Shown piece after piece: positions 25,347-35,497 of a DNA stretch of 43,670 nucleotides; the first letter of the stretch is position 1, and each line of letters begins with the position of its first letter. The position numbers and the translations under genes were made by a program. The notes under the pieces are model-generated. The model saw only the letters and a list, made by a program, of their open reading frames with translations. It was not told where the DNA came from and made no database searches. Origin of the DNA: Eubacteriales bacterium (GTDB taxonomy: Bacteria > Bacillota > Clostridia > Oscillospirales > CAG-272); assembly GCA_045602185.1 (NCBI GenBank), contig JAZSBB010000061.1, positions 1 through 43,670 on the forward strand, written 5' to 3'.

Positions 25347-27082
25347 TCTCCGTCACTCTCCCCGCCACTTGATTTTTGATACATAAGCTCGGCTATGGAG
25401 CGCATTTTTTCAGCGCTTATTTTAGATACCCTTCTGTCATAGGTTATAAAACCGTTCGTTTCGTCCTCAATATCAGAAAGTTGAGTATAAATCAGGGCAG
25501 AAATGCCGTTTTTGACTAGTGGCATAACGTCATCGGAATACAGCTTGAGAACCTTATTTTCAAATTCCTCGGCGGTTTTACAGGTCGAATATCCGTAATT
25601 TTTCTCGCCGTAAAGATGGCCCTCAACCCTATACGAAAATCCCCCGAATTCGCTAAGAACAAGCGGTCGGATTCCGTTTTGCTTTGGCCTTGGTCTCTTG
25701 AAATAAATATGATGTGAAAAAACGTCACTGTCCGAGCGCCAAAACCAACCGGACGTAGCGTCTATTATTCTCGTTGAATCCATAGATTTTATAAGAGCGT
25801 ACGCACCGTCTGCTTCGAACTGTCCCCACCCCTCGTTAAATAAGGTGTAATATACTACCGAAGGATAGTTGTAAAGGGCATTCACCGTTTCCTTTGCGCA
25901 GCGCAAAAACGCCTCTCTGCCGGTTATGCTTTTATGCGAACGGGTGTCATTCTTTCTTTTCATAAACAGAGTGGGCAGAGCGGTATCTCTTATGAAGGAA
26001 TACTTTCCGTTATTTACCATATCCTGAAAAACCGCAATTCCCAGCTTATCGCACAGATAATAGAATATCGGCGGTTCAAGCTTGATATGCTTTCTCAGCG
26101 TGTTAAAGCCGAGCGATTTTGCAAACAAAATGTCCTTCTCGTAGCCCTTTTCGGTTGCGGGGAGAAAAATACCGTCAGGAAAGTAGCCTTGGTCAAGAAG
26201 TCCGTTGAAAAGATAAGGCTTTCCGTTAAGACAAAGTCTTGTGTTTTTTCCAACTCTCTCGGCAGTTACGGTTCTGAGGGCAAAATAGGTTTCTACTGAG
26301 TCGTTTTCCGTTTCTATTACGGCTCTATAAAGATACGGGGATTCCGGAGTCCAGTTTTGAGGGTTTTTTGGTGAAACCGTGATTTCGTTTCCGTCAAAGC
26401 AAAAAACCTCTCCTGTGTCGATGAGGGTTAAGCTTTTGCATTTCTTTTTTGTGAAAACTTCGATTTTTGCGCTGGTGAGAGAGGGGGTTATTTTTACGTT
26501 TTCAATATACCCATCGGGAACGCTCTCAAGCCAAACGGTTTGCCAGATTCCGCTAACCTCAGTGTACCACATTCCGCCCCTTTTTTTCTTTTGCTTTCCG
26601 TATGGGTAAAGGTGGGAGGTTCCGTCCTTAACCTCAAGCAGTATTTCGTTTTCTCCGTCCTGTATAACGTCAGTAATATCGGCAAAAAACGGAGTATAAC
26701 CGCAGGAGTGAACGCCCATTTCCACGTTGTTTACGTAAAGCCTTGCAAAGCGGTCGACTGCGCCGAAGCGCAAAAGAAGCCTGTCCTTGATAAATCCGTC
26801 CGGAACTGAAAATGTTCTTCTGTAGTAAAGCGTTTCGTGCTTATCAATTCCTTTATTAATACCGGAAAGCTCGCTTTCGGGCGGGAAGGGAACGAGAATT
26901 TTTTGATTAAAATTTTTTGGTATTTCGTGACCGTCAGATATGGTAAAATCCCAAAGACCGTTGAGGCATAAAAACGAATCCCGCTTTAGCTGAGGTCTTG
27001 GATATACGTTCCAAGGGCAGCTTTTGTCCATATTCTCGGAAAACTCGGTTGTAAGGGTATAAATCGTGTCGTTGCTTTTCAT
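25343..27082 (-). CDS. glycoside hydrolase family 2 enzyme (beta-galactosidase/glucuronidase-like)
   Basis: NVYPRPQLKRDSF..LNGLWDF N-terminus, FNEGWGQ (acid/base Glu) and LSEFGG (nucleophile Glu). No signal peptide. Confidence 0.75.
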   Translation of the reverse strand: MKSNDTIYTLTTEFSENMDKSCPWNVYPRPQLKRDSFLCLNGLWDFTISDGHEIPKNFNQKILVPFPPESELSGINKGIDKHETLYYRRTFSVPDGFIKDRLLLRFGAVDRFARLYVNNVEMGVHSCGYTPFFADITDVIQDGENEILLEVKDGTSHLYPYGKQKKKRGGMWYTEVSGIWQTVWLESVPDGYIENVKITPSLTSAKIEVFTKKKCKSLTLIDTGEVFCFDGNEITVSPKNPQNWTPESPYLYRAVIETENDSVETYFALRTVTAERVGKNTRLCLNGKPYLFNGLLDQGYFPDGIFLPATEKGYEKDILFAKSLGFNTLRKHIKLEPPIFYYLCDKLGIAVFQDMVNNGKYSFIRDTALPTLFMKRKNDTRSHKSITGREAFLRCAKETVNALYNYPSVVYYTLFNEGWGQFEADGAYALIKSMDSTRIIDATSGWFWRSDSDVFSHHIYFKRPRPKQNGIRPLVLSEFGGFSYRVEGHLYGEKNYGYSTCKTAEEFENKVLKLYSDDVMPLVKNGISALIYTQLSDIEDETNGFITYDRRVSKISAEKMRSIAELMYQKSSGGESDGE

Positions 27083-27098
27083 TTTTTTGCTCCAAACG

Positions 27099-28163
27099 TT
27101 ATATTATGCCGGAAATTATACTGAATCCGAAAACCAGAATAGAGAATCCTACAAAAAGAATAGTACCCACGTTCAAAAACACAACCGAAAAAATATCTTC
27201 CCTAGGTATGTGTATTTGAGGACTTGATTTTATGCGAAGACGCTTTTTTCTGAAAGCCAGAACAAGCATTATAATACCCGCAACGGCAACTGCGTACTGA
27301 ATTATCGAATAACTGCTGACGGCCATTGAGCAAATCATATAGCGCTTCATATCTATAGATTCTCCGTTCAAAAGCGCCTCGGAATAGGTAAGAAGCTCCT
27401 CTGACATTTTCATAATGGGAAGCACAGCAACCGAGCCGAAGAAATTGATTATTGCGTGCATAATAAAGGAATATACCCACTTTCCGCTTCTTACGTAAAC
27501 GTATCCAAGAAGCCAGCCGAGCAGGGCGGCGTAAAAGAACTGATAGAAATTTCCGTGGAAAAGACCGAAAGCGATAGCTGAAACCGTAATTGCTAGGATA
27601 CTGCCGCACCTTGAAAGGCGGTCAATCATAAGCTTTCTGAAAATAAATTCCTCAACGAGCGGGCCGATAATAACGACTATAATTATCATAAGCCATATAG
27701 GCATATTTTCTATAAGCTCGGAGGTACCGTCAGTTATCTCTTTTTTCAAAAAAACCTCGAAAATACCGTTAAACGTGTTTCCTATCGTGCTTCCTATGAG
27801 CATAAGCGCCTCTGCTATGGCGAAAAGTATAATAAATTCGCTGAAAGGGATTTTTGATTTCTCTAAAGTCTTTTTCGGCATTTTTCTAACGATTAGAAAT
27901 AGTGTGGGAAGCCCAACGGCGTACATAGGCAAAACACTGATAATGGACACAAAATATACGTTCGAAAAAATCTCATTGTATCTGTCGGCAAAACAAATAA
28001 CTATAACGGCCTCGATAGCGAAGGTTACCGCATATGAAACAATAAGCATAAGAAAAAGCGACAGGTGAAATCTTGAAAAGATTTTTTTAGCCGAGGCTTT
28101 TATAGAGGAACGGTACAAATCAAATCCGCTTTGTCCGTCATCGAACCCGTAATTATAATTCAT
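27099..28163 (-). CDS. CPBP (CAAX/Abi) family intramembrane metalloprotease
   Basis: EEFIFRK, FGLFH and HAIINF motifs in a polytopic membrane protein. The ATG at 28163 has an AAAGGAG RBS. The track start at 28193 is a TTG. Confidence 0.8.
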   Translation of the reverse strand: MNYNYGFDDGQSGFDLYRSSIKASAKKIFSRFHLSLFLMLIVSYAVTFAIEAVIVICFADRYNEIFSNVYFVSIISVLPMYAVGLPTLFLIVRKMPKKTLEKSKIPFSEFIILFAIAEALMLIGSTIGNTFNGIFEVFLKKEITDGTSELIENMPIWLMIIIVVIIGPLVEEFIFRKLMIDRLSRCGSILAITVSAIAFGLFHGNFYQFFYAALLGWLLGYVYVRSGKWVYSFIMHAIINFFGSVAVLPIMKMSEELLTYSEALLNGESIDMKRYMICSMAVSSYSIIQYAVAVAGIIMLVLAFRKKRLRIKSSPQIHIPREDIFSVVFLNVGTILFVGFSILVFGFSIISGII

Positions 28164-28405
28164 AGAATCTCCTTTATTGCTCGCAAACGCCAAGCAAGAG
28201 TATTATTATCATTTTATCACCAAACTGTGTCAAATACAATACTTTTTTTATAAACAATCCCTTTTTTATTGAAAATACCGAAAAAAGCGGTATAAAATTC
28301 TGCACATAATTCAAATCTAAAATATTTTTACCTATTGCAAAAGCCGTATCTATGTGCTAAAATATATGTATTATTTCAGTTTAAATACTACATAGGGGAA
28401 AATAT

Positions 28406-29896
28406 ATGTTTAAGAAAGGCTTTGACAACGAGAAGTACTTAAAGCTGCAGTCGCAGAAGATAAAGGAAAGAATATCGATGTTCGGAGAAAAGCTGTACCT
28501 TGAATTCGGAGGAAAGCTTTTTGACGATTTTCACGCATCGCGAGTATTGCCGGGATTTGCGCCCGACAGTAAGATAAAAATGCTTATCGAGCTTGCGGAC
28601 GTGGCTGAAATAATAATATCGATAAACACAGAGGATATTGAGAAAAACAAGGTCAGAGGCGACCTTGGAATAACCTATGACGTAGACGTGCTGAGGCTTA
28701 TTGACGCCTTCAGGGGCTACGGACTTTACGTAGGCTCGGTCGTTATGTCTCGCTATAAGCATAATTCTGCGGCTGACGCATTTAAAACCAAGCTTGAAAA
28801 TCTCGGCATAAAAGTGTATAAGCATTATTCGATAGAAGGCTATCCCCATAACATTCCTTACATTGTTTCCGAGGAGGGCTTTGGTAAAAACGAGTATGCA
28901 GAGACAAGCCGTTCGCTCGTTGTTGTAACTGCGCCCGGCCCGGGCTCGGGAAAAATGGCAACCTGCCTATCGCAGATATACCACGAAAGCAAACGGGGAA
29001 TAAAATCGGGATATGCAAAGTTTGAAACCTTCCCGATATGGAATATTCCTCTCTCGCACCCGGTTAATCTTGCGTACGAGGCAGCAACGGCAGACCTTGC
29101 GGACGTTAATATGATTGACCCGTTTCACCTTGAAGCCTACGGCATAACTACGGTAAATTACAATAGGGACGTGGAGGTTTTCCCAGTGCTTCGGGCTATG
29201 CTTGCAGGAATACTTGGAGAGTGCCCGTATAAATCTCCCACCGATATGGGTGTAAATATGGCAGGCTTCTGTATATACGATGACGAGGCGGTGTGCAAGG
29301 CGGCAAGGGGCGAAATAATCCGCCGTTACTATACAGCGCTTTGCAACAGAAGAAAGGGTAACGGAAGCGACATTGAGGTTCATAAAATAGAGCTTCTTAT
29401 GCAAAAGCTCGGAATAATTGCCGAGGAGGAGAGGGGCTGCGTAAGACCTGCGCTCAGCAAATCTCTCGAAACGGACGGAGCGCCGGCCGTTGCTATAGAG
29501 CTTAATGACGGCAGAATAGTAACCGGAAAAACCTCTTCTTTGCTGGGAGCCTCAAGCGCAGCGCTCCTTAACGCACTCAAGGCTATAGCGGGAATAGATG
29601 ACGGAACGGATATAATATCTCCCGAAATACTTGCCCCGATACAAATTCTTAAAACTCAAAATCTCGGAAACCACAATCCCAGATTGCATACTGACGAGGT
29701 ATTGATTGCTCTGGCTGTTTCTGCGGCAAAGAGTCCCCTTGCGAAGAAGGCGATAGATGCGCTCCCGATGCTTCGTTATGCGGAAATTCATTCTACGGTA
29801 ATTCTCTCACAGGTTGATACGGATATTTTCCGTAAGCTTGGTGTAAATCTAACGGTCGAACCGAAATATCAAACGAAAAAGCTGTTTCACAATTGA
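28406..29896 (+). CDS. DUF1846 / UPF0371 family protein (function unknown)
   Basis: [18 protein letters not shown]...[32 protein letters not shown] closely matches the conserved N-terminus of UPF0371 proteins as I remember them. Confidence 0.75.
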   Translation: MFKKGFDNEKYLKLQSQKIKERISMFGEKLYLEFGGKLFDDFHASRVLPGFAPDSKIKMLIELADVAEIIISINTEDIEKNKVRGDLGITYDVDVLRLIDAFRGYGLYVGSVVMSRYKHNSAADAFKTKLENLGIKVYKHYSIEGYPHNIPYIVSEEGFGKNEYAETSRSLVVVTAPGPGSGKMATCLSQIYHESKRGIKSGYAKFETFPIWNIPLSHPVNLAYEAATADLADVNMIDPFHLEAYGITTVNYNRDVEVFPVLRAMLAGILGECPYKSPTDMGVNMAGFCIYDDEAVCKAARGEIIRRYYTALCNRRKGNGSDIEVHKIELLMQKLGIIAEEERGCVRPALSKSLETDGAPAVAIELNDGRIVTGKTSSLLGASSAALLNALKAIAGIDDGTDIISPEILAPIQILKTQNLGNHNPRLHTDEVLIALAVSAAKSPLAKKAIDALPMLRYAEIHSTVILSQVDTDIFRKLGVNLTVEPKYQTKKLFHN

Positions 29897-29910
29897 GATA
29901 AGGAGGATTT

Positions 29911-30729
29911 ATGGAATTCAGTAAAAATCACCCAATAATTTTTGTAATCGTGGGCGTCATAATTCTTGTGGTTCTGGCCCAGTCGGTATATTTTCTTATG
30001 AAAGCTTACCGCAGGGCAAATAAAATCGGTATGGATATGGCGAAAGTAAAGAAAACTATCGTTTCCTCGGCAATATTTACCGTTGCTCCGGCGGTGTCTA
30101 TAGTAATTACTATAGTCGCCTTGTCAAAATCTCTCGGTTATGCGCTTCCTTGGCTTCGCCTCTCGGTAGTAGGCTCTCTGTCTTACGAGGCAATAGCGGC
30201 GGCAAACGCAGCCTCGGGTATGGGAAAAACACTTGCCGAGCTTTCCAATTCTATGACGGCTTCCGAATACGTTACCGTTTCAATAGTTATGACGGTTTCC
30301 ATAATGGTTGGTATCTGGCTCGTTCCTCTTATCGCCAAAAAAATGCAAAAGGGGCTTGTCAGCTTTGAAAAGCGTGATAAAAAATGGTCGGATATTCTCC
30401 AAAGCGCACTCTTTATCGGTATGATATCAGCGTTTGTCGGATACGTCTTTTCGGACGTTGGCAGACTCTGGCTTTCTGATAACGGAGTCTATGAAACGAC
30501 AGGAACGAACGAATACGGAGAAACTGTATCGAAATTTTTTGATTCAACCTCAGGACTTGTACCCGTATGCGTAATGGCGGTCAGCGCAGCGCTTATGTGT
30601 GTGTGCGGACTTCTTATGAAAAAGCTGGGCTGGAAATGGCTTAACGATTATGCGCTTCCGATATCTATGGTTCTCGGTATGGTTGCTGCAATTCCGCTTA
30701 CGGCGCTTCTTGGAGGTGAGATAAAATGA
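29911..30729 (+). CDS. multi-pass membrane protein (resembles proteins annotated as DUF5058 family; unverified)
   Basis: Six or more hydrophobic helices. AGGAGG RBS 14 nt after the DUF1846 stop. The family assignment is from memory of the N-terminal pattern only. Confidence 0.5.
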   Translation: MEFSKNHPIIFVIVGVIILVVLAQSVYFLMKAYRRANKIGMDMAKVKKTIVSSAIFTVAPAVSIVITIVALSKSLGYALPWLRLSVVGSLSYEAIAAANAASGMGKTLAELSNSMTASEYVTVSIVMTVSIMVGIWLVPLIAKKMQKGLVSFEKRDKKWSDILQSALFIGMISAFVGYVFSDVGRLWLSDNGVYETTGTNEYGETVSKFFDSTSGLVPVCVMAVSAALMCVCGLLMKKLGWKWLNDYALPISMVLGMVAAIPLTALLGGEIK

Positions 30730-31403
30730 CAAACGAAAATAAAAACGAATACACCTATATAGATTCCGTTCACAGAGACGGAAGAATATGGAACCTTTGC
30801 GTTATGGGGCTTTTGATAATGTTTCCCGTAATTATCGGAGCAATATTCCAGGCTATGCCCGACTGGGCGGCAGTAGGAAAGGGACTTATAGCGACAGCTC
30901 CTATGTACTGGGCGGTCGGAGTGGTAGAAACCATAACCTTTATTCCTATGCTTGGCGCAGGCGGCTCGTATCTTTCCTTTGTAACGGGTAATATATCCAA
31001 TCTAAAGCTTCCGTGCGCTCTCAGTGCGCTTGAAAGCGCCGAAGTTAATCCGAAAACGGAGGAGGGCGAAATAGTTTCCACTATTGCTATCGCCGTTTCG
31101 TCAATCGTAACCACACTTGTAATTATTCTCGGAGTTATACTGATAATTCCGCTTTCGCCGGTTCTTGAAAATCCCGCCCTTATTCCCGCGTTTGACCAGA
31201 TGCTCCCCGCATTGTTCGGCGCGCTCGGAGTCGTGTTTATTTCGAAAAACTGGAAGATAGCGATAGCGCCTATCGTGCTTATGCTTGTGCTTTTCGTATT
31301 CGTTCCGGCAATAAACACCTCGACTGTGGGTATTATGGTACCGGTTGGCGTAGTGTTTACTCTTGCAGTGTCCAGAGTTCTTTATAAGAGAGGTATAATT
31401 TGA
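30726..31403 (+). CDS. multi-pass membrane protein, unknown family
   Basis: About 5-6 TM helices. ATGA overlap with the upstream gene. Confidence 0.6.
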   Translation: MTNENKNEYTYIDSVHRDGRIWNLCVMGLLIMFPVIIGAIFQAMPDWAAVGKGLIATAPMYWAVGVVETITFIPMLGAGGSYLSFVTGNISNLKLPCALSALESAEVNPKTEEGEIVSTIAIAVSSIVTTLVIILGVILIIPLSPVLENPALIPAFDQMLPALFGALGVVFISKNWKIAIAPIVLMLVLFVFVPAINTSTVGIMVPVGVVFTLAVSRVLYKRGII

Positions 31404-31404
31404 T

Positions 31405-32850
31405 ATGCCCGGCTTAATAATCGGACTTTCCTTTGCTGCGCTTTTTATTCTTTTTTTACTGGTAGTACTCATAAGAACTCTTCGCTTTTCTCCCAAGGCA
31501 GCAGAGCCACGGGAAATCGAGGCGGTTATTTATGACGGAGAAAGAGCCGTTTTCACTCTTTCAAAAATGATACGCTGCAAAACCGTATCGCATATCGACC
31601 GCACGTTAGACGATGAGGCGGAATTTGATAAGTTTAAAAGCCTACTTTCAGAGCTTTTTCCCCTCGTTTACAAGGTCTGTACGCTTGAAAACGTAAACGA
31701 AAGAGCTATGCTCTTTAAATGGAAGGGTAAGTCCTCTGATTCTCCGACCGTACTTATGGCGCATTTTGACGTAGTAAGCACTGTTGACGAGCTTTGGGAT
31801 AAGCCTGCCTTCGAGGGAATAGTCGAGAACGGCGTTATATGGGGCAGAGGCGTTATTGATACGAAAGGCTCTCTGAACGCAATTCTTTGTGCGGCAGAGC
31901 AGCTTATCAGCGAGGGCTTCGTTCCCGAAAAGGACGTTTATTTTGCCTTTGGCGGAAACGAGGAGGTAAACGGAAACGGAGCACCGTCTATAGTAGCCGT
32001 TTTTGAGGAAAGAGGCATTGTTCCGGGTATGGTTCTTGATGAGGGCGGAGCCGTTGTCAAGGACGTTTTCCCGGGTGTAAAAGCTCCCTGCGCAGTAGTC
32101 GGCATAGCCGAAAAGGGAATGATAAACGTTGAGTATTCCGTCAGCGGTGGCGGAGGCCATTCCTCAGCACCCCTGCCGAAAACACCTATAGATAGGCTTT
32201 CTTTGGCTTGTGTAAAGCTTGGTAAGCGTCCGTTCAAATTCACCCTGACTGACCCGACCAAAAAGATGTTTGACACACTCGGCAGGCACTCCACCTTCGT
32301 GTACCGTATGATTTTTGCTAATCTCTGGTGCTTTTCTCCCGTCCTTAACCTTATAACGAGAAAATCCGGCGGTCAGATAAACGCTATAGCCAGAACAACC
32401 CTCGCCTTTACTCAAATGGAAGGCTCAAAGGGCATAAACGTCATTCCGCCTCAGGCAAAAATGGCATCTAACAGCCGTATTTTACCGGGTGAAACAACCG
32501 AAAGCGTCCTTATGCGTATCAAGGAAACGGTCGGTGATGAAAAGGTTGAGATACGTATGATAAACGGAATGAACCCCTCGGTTATATCCCGTACCGATTG
32601 CGAGGGCTGGGAAAGGATTTGCAGAGCTGTAAACGATACCTGGCAGGAGGCGATAGTTTCTCCGTATCTTATGACTGCTTGCTCGGATTCTCGCCACTGG
32701 GGAGTGATATGCGACAAGGTTTATAGGTTTTCGCCCCTCACGCTTTCAAAGGAGGAGAACGCCTCGGTTCACGGAAATAACGAAAAGGTTACCACAGATG
32801 CGGTAAAGCGGGCGGTTGAATTTTATATCCGCCTTATAAAAATGAGCTAA
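31405..32850 (+). CDS. M20/M25/M40-family metallopeptidase with N-terminal TM anchor
   Basis: HFDVV, GRGVIDTKG, GGNEEV and LDEGG metal/catalytic motifs. N-terminal helix LIIGLSFAALFILFLLVVLI. The ATG lies 1 nt after the upstream TGA. Confidence 0.8.
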   Translation: MPGLIIGLSFAALFILFLLVVLIRTLRFSPKAAEPREIEAVIYDGERAVFTLSKMIRCKTVSHIDRTLDDEAEFDKFKSLLSELFPLVYKVCTLENVNERAMLFKWKGKSSDSPTVLMAHFDVVSTVDELWDKPAFEGIVENGVIWGRGVIDTKGSLNAILCAAEQLISEGFVPEKDVYFAFGGNEEVNGNGAPSIVAVFEERGIVPGMVLDEGGAVVKDVFPGVKAPCAVVGIAEKGMINVEYSVSGGGGHSSAPLPKTPIDRLSLACVKLGKRPFKFTLTDPTKKMFDTLGRHSTFVYRMIFANLWCFSPVLNLITRKSGGQINAIARTTLAFTQMEGSKGINVIPPQAKMASNSRILPGETTESVLMRIKETVGDEKVEIRMINGMNPSVISRTDCEGWERICRAVNDTWQEAIVSPYLMTACSDSRHWGVICDKVYRFSPLTLSKEENASVHGNNEKVTTDAVKRAVEFYIRLIKMS

Positions 32851-32864
32851 TTTATATAACGAAA

Positions 32865-32955
32865 AGAGTGAGATTAAAGGAATTTGATATGCGCCTAAAA
32901 GCCAAACGCTTTTTGAACGGATATCGCCTAAAATCTCACTCTCTTTTTGTTTTTT
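32865..32955. terminator. long-loop hairpin plus T-run between convergent genes
   Basis: AGAGTGAGATT (32865-32875) pairs perfectly with AATCTCACTCT (32932-32942) across a 56-nt loop. CTTTTTGTTTTTT follows. Confidence 0.45.
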
Positions 32956-32975
32956 AAAAGCCAAAGTTATATCAA

Positions 32976-35129
32976 TTATAGTGTTTTTGCCTTCAAAAGA
33001 GCCTCTCTCAGCTCGTTTTCCGACAAATCGGTAGAGAGATAAGCCGCATCTGAAACGTCTATCGTTATATTGCCGCTTCCTTTTTTGATATCAAGTTTTT
33101 CTTTTCCGAGGTCTCTTTCGTAAACTGCATTTCCGATAGGAACGCTGAGCTTTGCTGCGCCGGTTCTGTGCCAGATAACCGCATAGCTCTTTCCTTTTCT
33201 CTCTAAGGTGAATACGGAAATATCCGAGCCTTCGCCGCCAACTCCGACAAGCTCTCTGTAAGGCGTAAGCTCGTATTCGCCCTCCTCGTTTATAAGCAAG
33301 GTATGCTCTTGTCCGGTAACTCTTATCATTTCAAGCTCTTTTTCTGAAAGAAGGTTTCTCTTTCTTACGTCCTCCCAGCGCCGCATTACCTCAAGGATAT
33401 CCTTAGCTCTGGGGTGGTTTTTTATTACCTTAAGATTTCCCGACATAGTGATAGGGCAGTTCCAGGATTGCGCACGGCTGGTTCCGTATTCGTAAACGTC
33501 CTTTTGAGTATCGGAAAAGAAGGACCACCAGCCAAAATTAAGACGTGTAAAATCCTGCTTCATATGCACTGCCTCTGAGAAGGGGAAGGTGTCTATCATT
33601 TTCTTGAACACGTTAGTTCTGAAAGCATCAAAAGCGTTTCCGCCCGAAACGAAATGCCAAGAGAAATGCGCCTTCGCTGCGCCCTCGCAGAATAAGGGCA
33701 TTTTATTGAATTTTTTCAGTACCTTGTACTGAGCGTTCGGAACGTGGAATTCAAAGGGAGGATTAGTGCCCTCCGAGCCGTCAAAGTAAACGAACTCAAA
33801 GCCGCAGTTATAAAGAGCGGCAAGCTTATCTCCGATTTCGTCCTGAAGGCTTGAATACTGATTAACGTAAACGCTGGTACCGCTATATTCGGTAACGTCA
33901 AGCTGACCGCCGATTTCGCCGAGCGGGTGCTCCGTGACGTTAGTCTTCCAGTGTCCTCTTTTCACACCGTAGAAATGATAGGGGTATTCGGTTGAATAGC
34001 CCTCGTAGAACATAAGCTCTCCGCCGAATTTAAGGACACGGCACATATCATAGGTCGTTGCGTTCTTGGGATTTTCCTCAACGTATATTTTGTCATCGGA
34101 AAGTCCAAGCGGCTTTGCAAGGGTGAAATGCATTGTGAGATTGAGTCTATGGTCTGCAACGGGGGTAATATATCTGCTGTTCATACCTATGTGCGTATGC
34201 AAAAAGTGAATGCCCGGGGTAATTCCTGCTTCCTTTACCTTGTTAAGTACAGCTCTTAAATCCTCGTATCCGTTTGGATAGTTTTTGTTAAAATCGTAGT
34301 TTCCGCAGGTTCCGTAGCAGGAGTTATCTATCTCGCACATATTGTCAAAATAGAAAAGCATACAGGAAAAGCCGCCCATTTTCGCATAATTAATATGCTC
34401 GTCAATTGTTGAAAGATTTGCTCCTCTGGCAGAATATATAGAACGGTTTATCATAGGATTCCTTCTGCTTTCAACGCCGAGAGGAAGGTTGAAATCACGC
34501 TCAAATGTGTCAACTGCGTCCAAGAAATCTTCCTTACCGCCGCTGACGATAAGTGCGGCAGAGGTACCCTTCAGCTGAATTTCCTTATGTGCGTCTGCCG
34601 TAAGAATGCGGTAATCGGCTCTTTTTTCGGAATCAATAAAGGCTTCGGGAGCGGTTGCGATTACTGCGCAAGACGCCTCATCGTCCCATATTGCGTTTAT
34701 CCACTGACCGAAATTCTTTCGCGGCTTTATGGGAAGCTGAAGAATGCGGAACTGCTCAACGGGCGGAAGGTCCATACAAAGACCGTCATACAAATGGTAG
34801 GGAACGATAAAATCGCTGAGCGTGAAGGTTATGTAATCGTCCTTGATATCAAAGGTAACAACCGCCTGATAGGGAATTATTTCAAAATCAACGGTAATCT
34901 TATTTTCCTCAACGCTTATGTGATTTGCCGCAAAGGTGGTTCGCTTATTCATATAAGCGAGCTTAACCTCGTTGTTATAAGGACGAAGCTGCGTAACCGA
35001 GAAAAGAGAAATATTCTTTTCTTTCATAAGCAGCTCTTCACCGGTTTTCTTATAGATAAGGCTTTCGGTAATAGCGTTTTCGCCTACGGTGAGACGAAAA
35101 TTTTTATTCTCAAAGATAAAATTTTTCAT
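32976..35129 (-). CDS. uncharacterised 717-aa cytoplasmic protein, paralog 1 (possible glycosidase-like enzyme; family not recognised)
   Basis: Long ORF with a GGGAGAG RBS and no signal peptide. I estimate roughly two-thirds amino-acid identity along its full length to 36456-38591. Shared blocks include PNAQY, FCEGAAKAHF and FTRLNFGWW. Confidence 0.8.
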   Translation of the reverse strand: MKNFIFENKNFRLTVGENAITESLIYKKTGEELLMKEKNISLFSVTQLRPYNNEVKLAYMNKRTTFAANHISVEENKITVDFEIIPYQAVVTFDIKDDYITFTLSDFIVPYHLYDGLCMDLPPVEQFRILQLPIKPRKNFGQWINAIWDDEASCAVIATAPEAFIDSEKRADYRILTADAHKEIQLKGTSAALIVSGGKEDFLDAVDTFERDFNLPLGVESRRNPMINRSIYSARGANLSTIDEHINYAKMGGFSCMLFYFDNMCEIDNSCYGTCGNYDFNKNYPNGYEDLRAVLNKVKEAGITPGIHFLHTHIGMNSRYITPVADHRLNLTMHFTLAKPLGLSDDKIYVEENPKNATTYDMCRVLKFGGELMFYEGYSTEYPYHFYGVKRGHWKTNVTEHPLGEIGGQLDVTEYSGTSVYVNQYSSLQDEIGDKLAALYNCGFEFVYFDGSEGTNPPFEFHVPNAQYKVLKKFNKMPLFCEGAAKAHFSWHFVSGGNAFDAFRTNVFKKMIDTFPFSEAVHMKQDFTRLNFGWWSFFSDTQKDVYEYGTSRAQSWNCPITMSGNLKVIKNHPRAKDILEVMRRWEDVRKRNLLSEKELEMIRVTGQEHTLLINEEGEYELTPYRELVGVGGEGSDISVFTLERKGKSYAVIWHRTGAAKLSVPIGNAVYERDLGKEKLDIKKGSGNITIDVSDAAYLSTDLSENELREALLKAKTL

Positions 35130-35333
35130 ATAGGCTCTCCCAAACTATTATTTTTAATGAATACAAGTCAATTAAAGCATAAAGGTAGAAAAAAGTCAAC
35201 GAAAATTCAAAAGTTCTTACGAATTTTACACAAAATAAGGTCTATTCGGTACCAAAAAGCAGAAGTGCCGAAAATGCTGTTCGGACTAAAAAAATCTTTT
35301 ATAAATTTCTTTAATAAATTTTGAAAAAACCAC

Positions 35334-35362
35334 TTGACAAAACCGTTTTCTTCGTGTATAAT
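35334..35362 (+). promoter_or_regulatory. consensus sigma-A promoter of tRNA-Leu
   Basis: TTGACA (35334-35339), 17-nt spacer, TATAAT (35357-35362). It lies 12 nt upstream of the tRNA 5' end. Confidence 0.75.
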
Positions 35363-35374
35363 AAAAAGGCCGTT

Positions 35375-35458
35375 GCGGGAGTGGCGGAACTGGCAGACGC
35401 GCACGTTTGAGGGGCGTGTGGTTTTACCGTACGGGTTCAATTCCCGTCTCCCGCACCA
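35375..35458 (+). tRNA. tRNA-Leu (anticodon GAG), class II with long variable arm, CCA encoded
   Basis: Acceptor GCGGGAG/CTCCCGC. Anticodon stem CACGT/GCGTG with loop TTGAGGG (U33, GAG, G37). T-arm ACGGG-TTCAATT-CCCGT. Discriminator A plus CCA. Confidence 0.9.
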
Positions 35459-35460
35459 AC

Positions 35461-35496
35461 AAAAGAGGCTCGACTTAGTGTCGAGCCTCTTTTGTT
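35461..35496 (+). terminator. rho-independent terminator after tRNA-Leu
   Basis: AAAAGAGGCTCGAC pairs with GTCGAGCCTCTTTT around a 5-nt loop. TTTTGTT follows. Confidence 0.85.
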
Positions 35497-35497
35497 G

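Noticed and set aside
34587-35324. 245-aa plus-strand ORF, and likewise 38815-39660 (281 aa) and 36903-37484 (193 aa)
   Set aside because: They are antisense to paralog 1, the Gfo/Idh/MocA gene and paralog 2. Each of those has an RBS, and their calls are supported by the paralogy (paralogs 1 and 2) or family motifs (Gfo/Idh/MocA).
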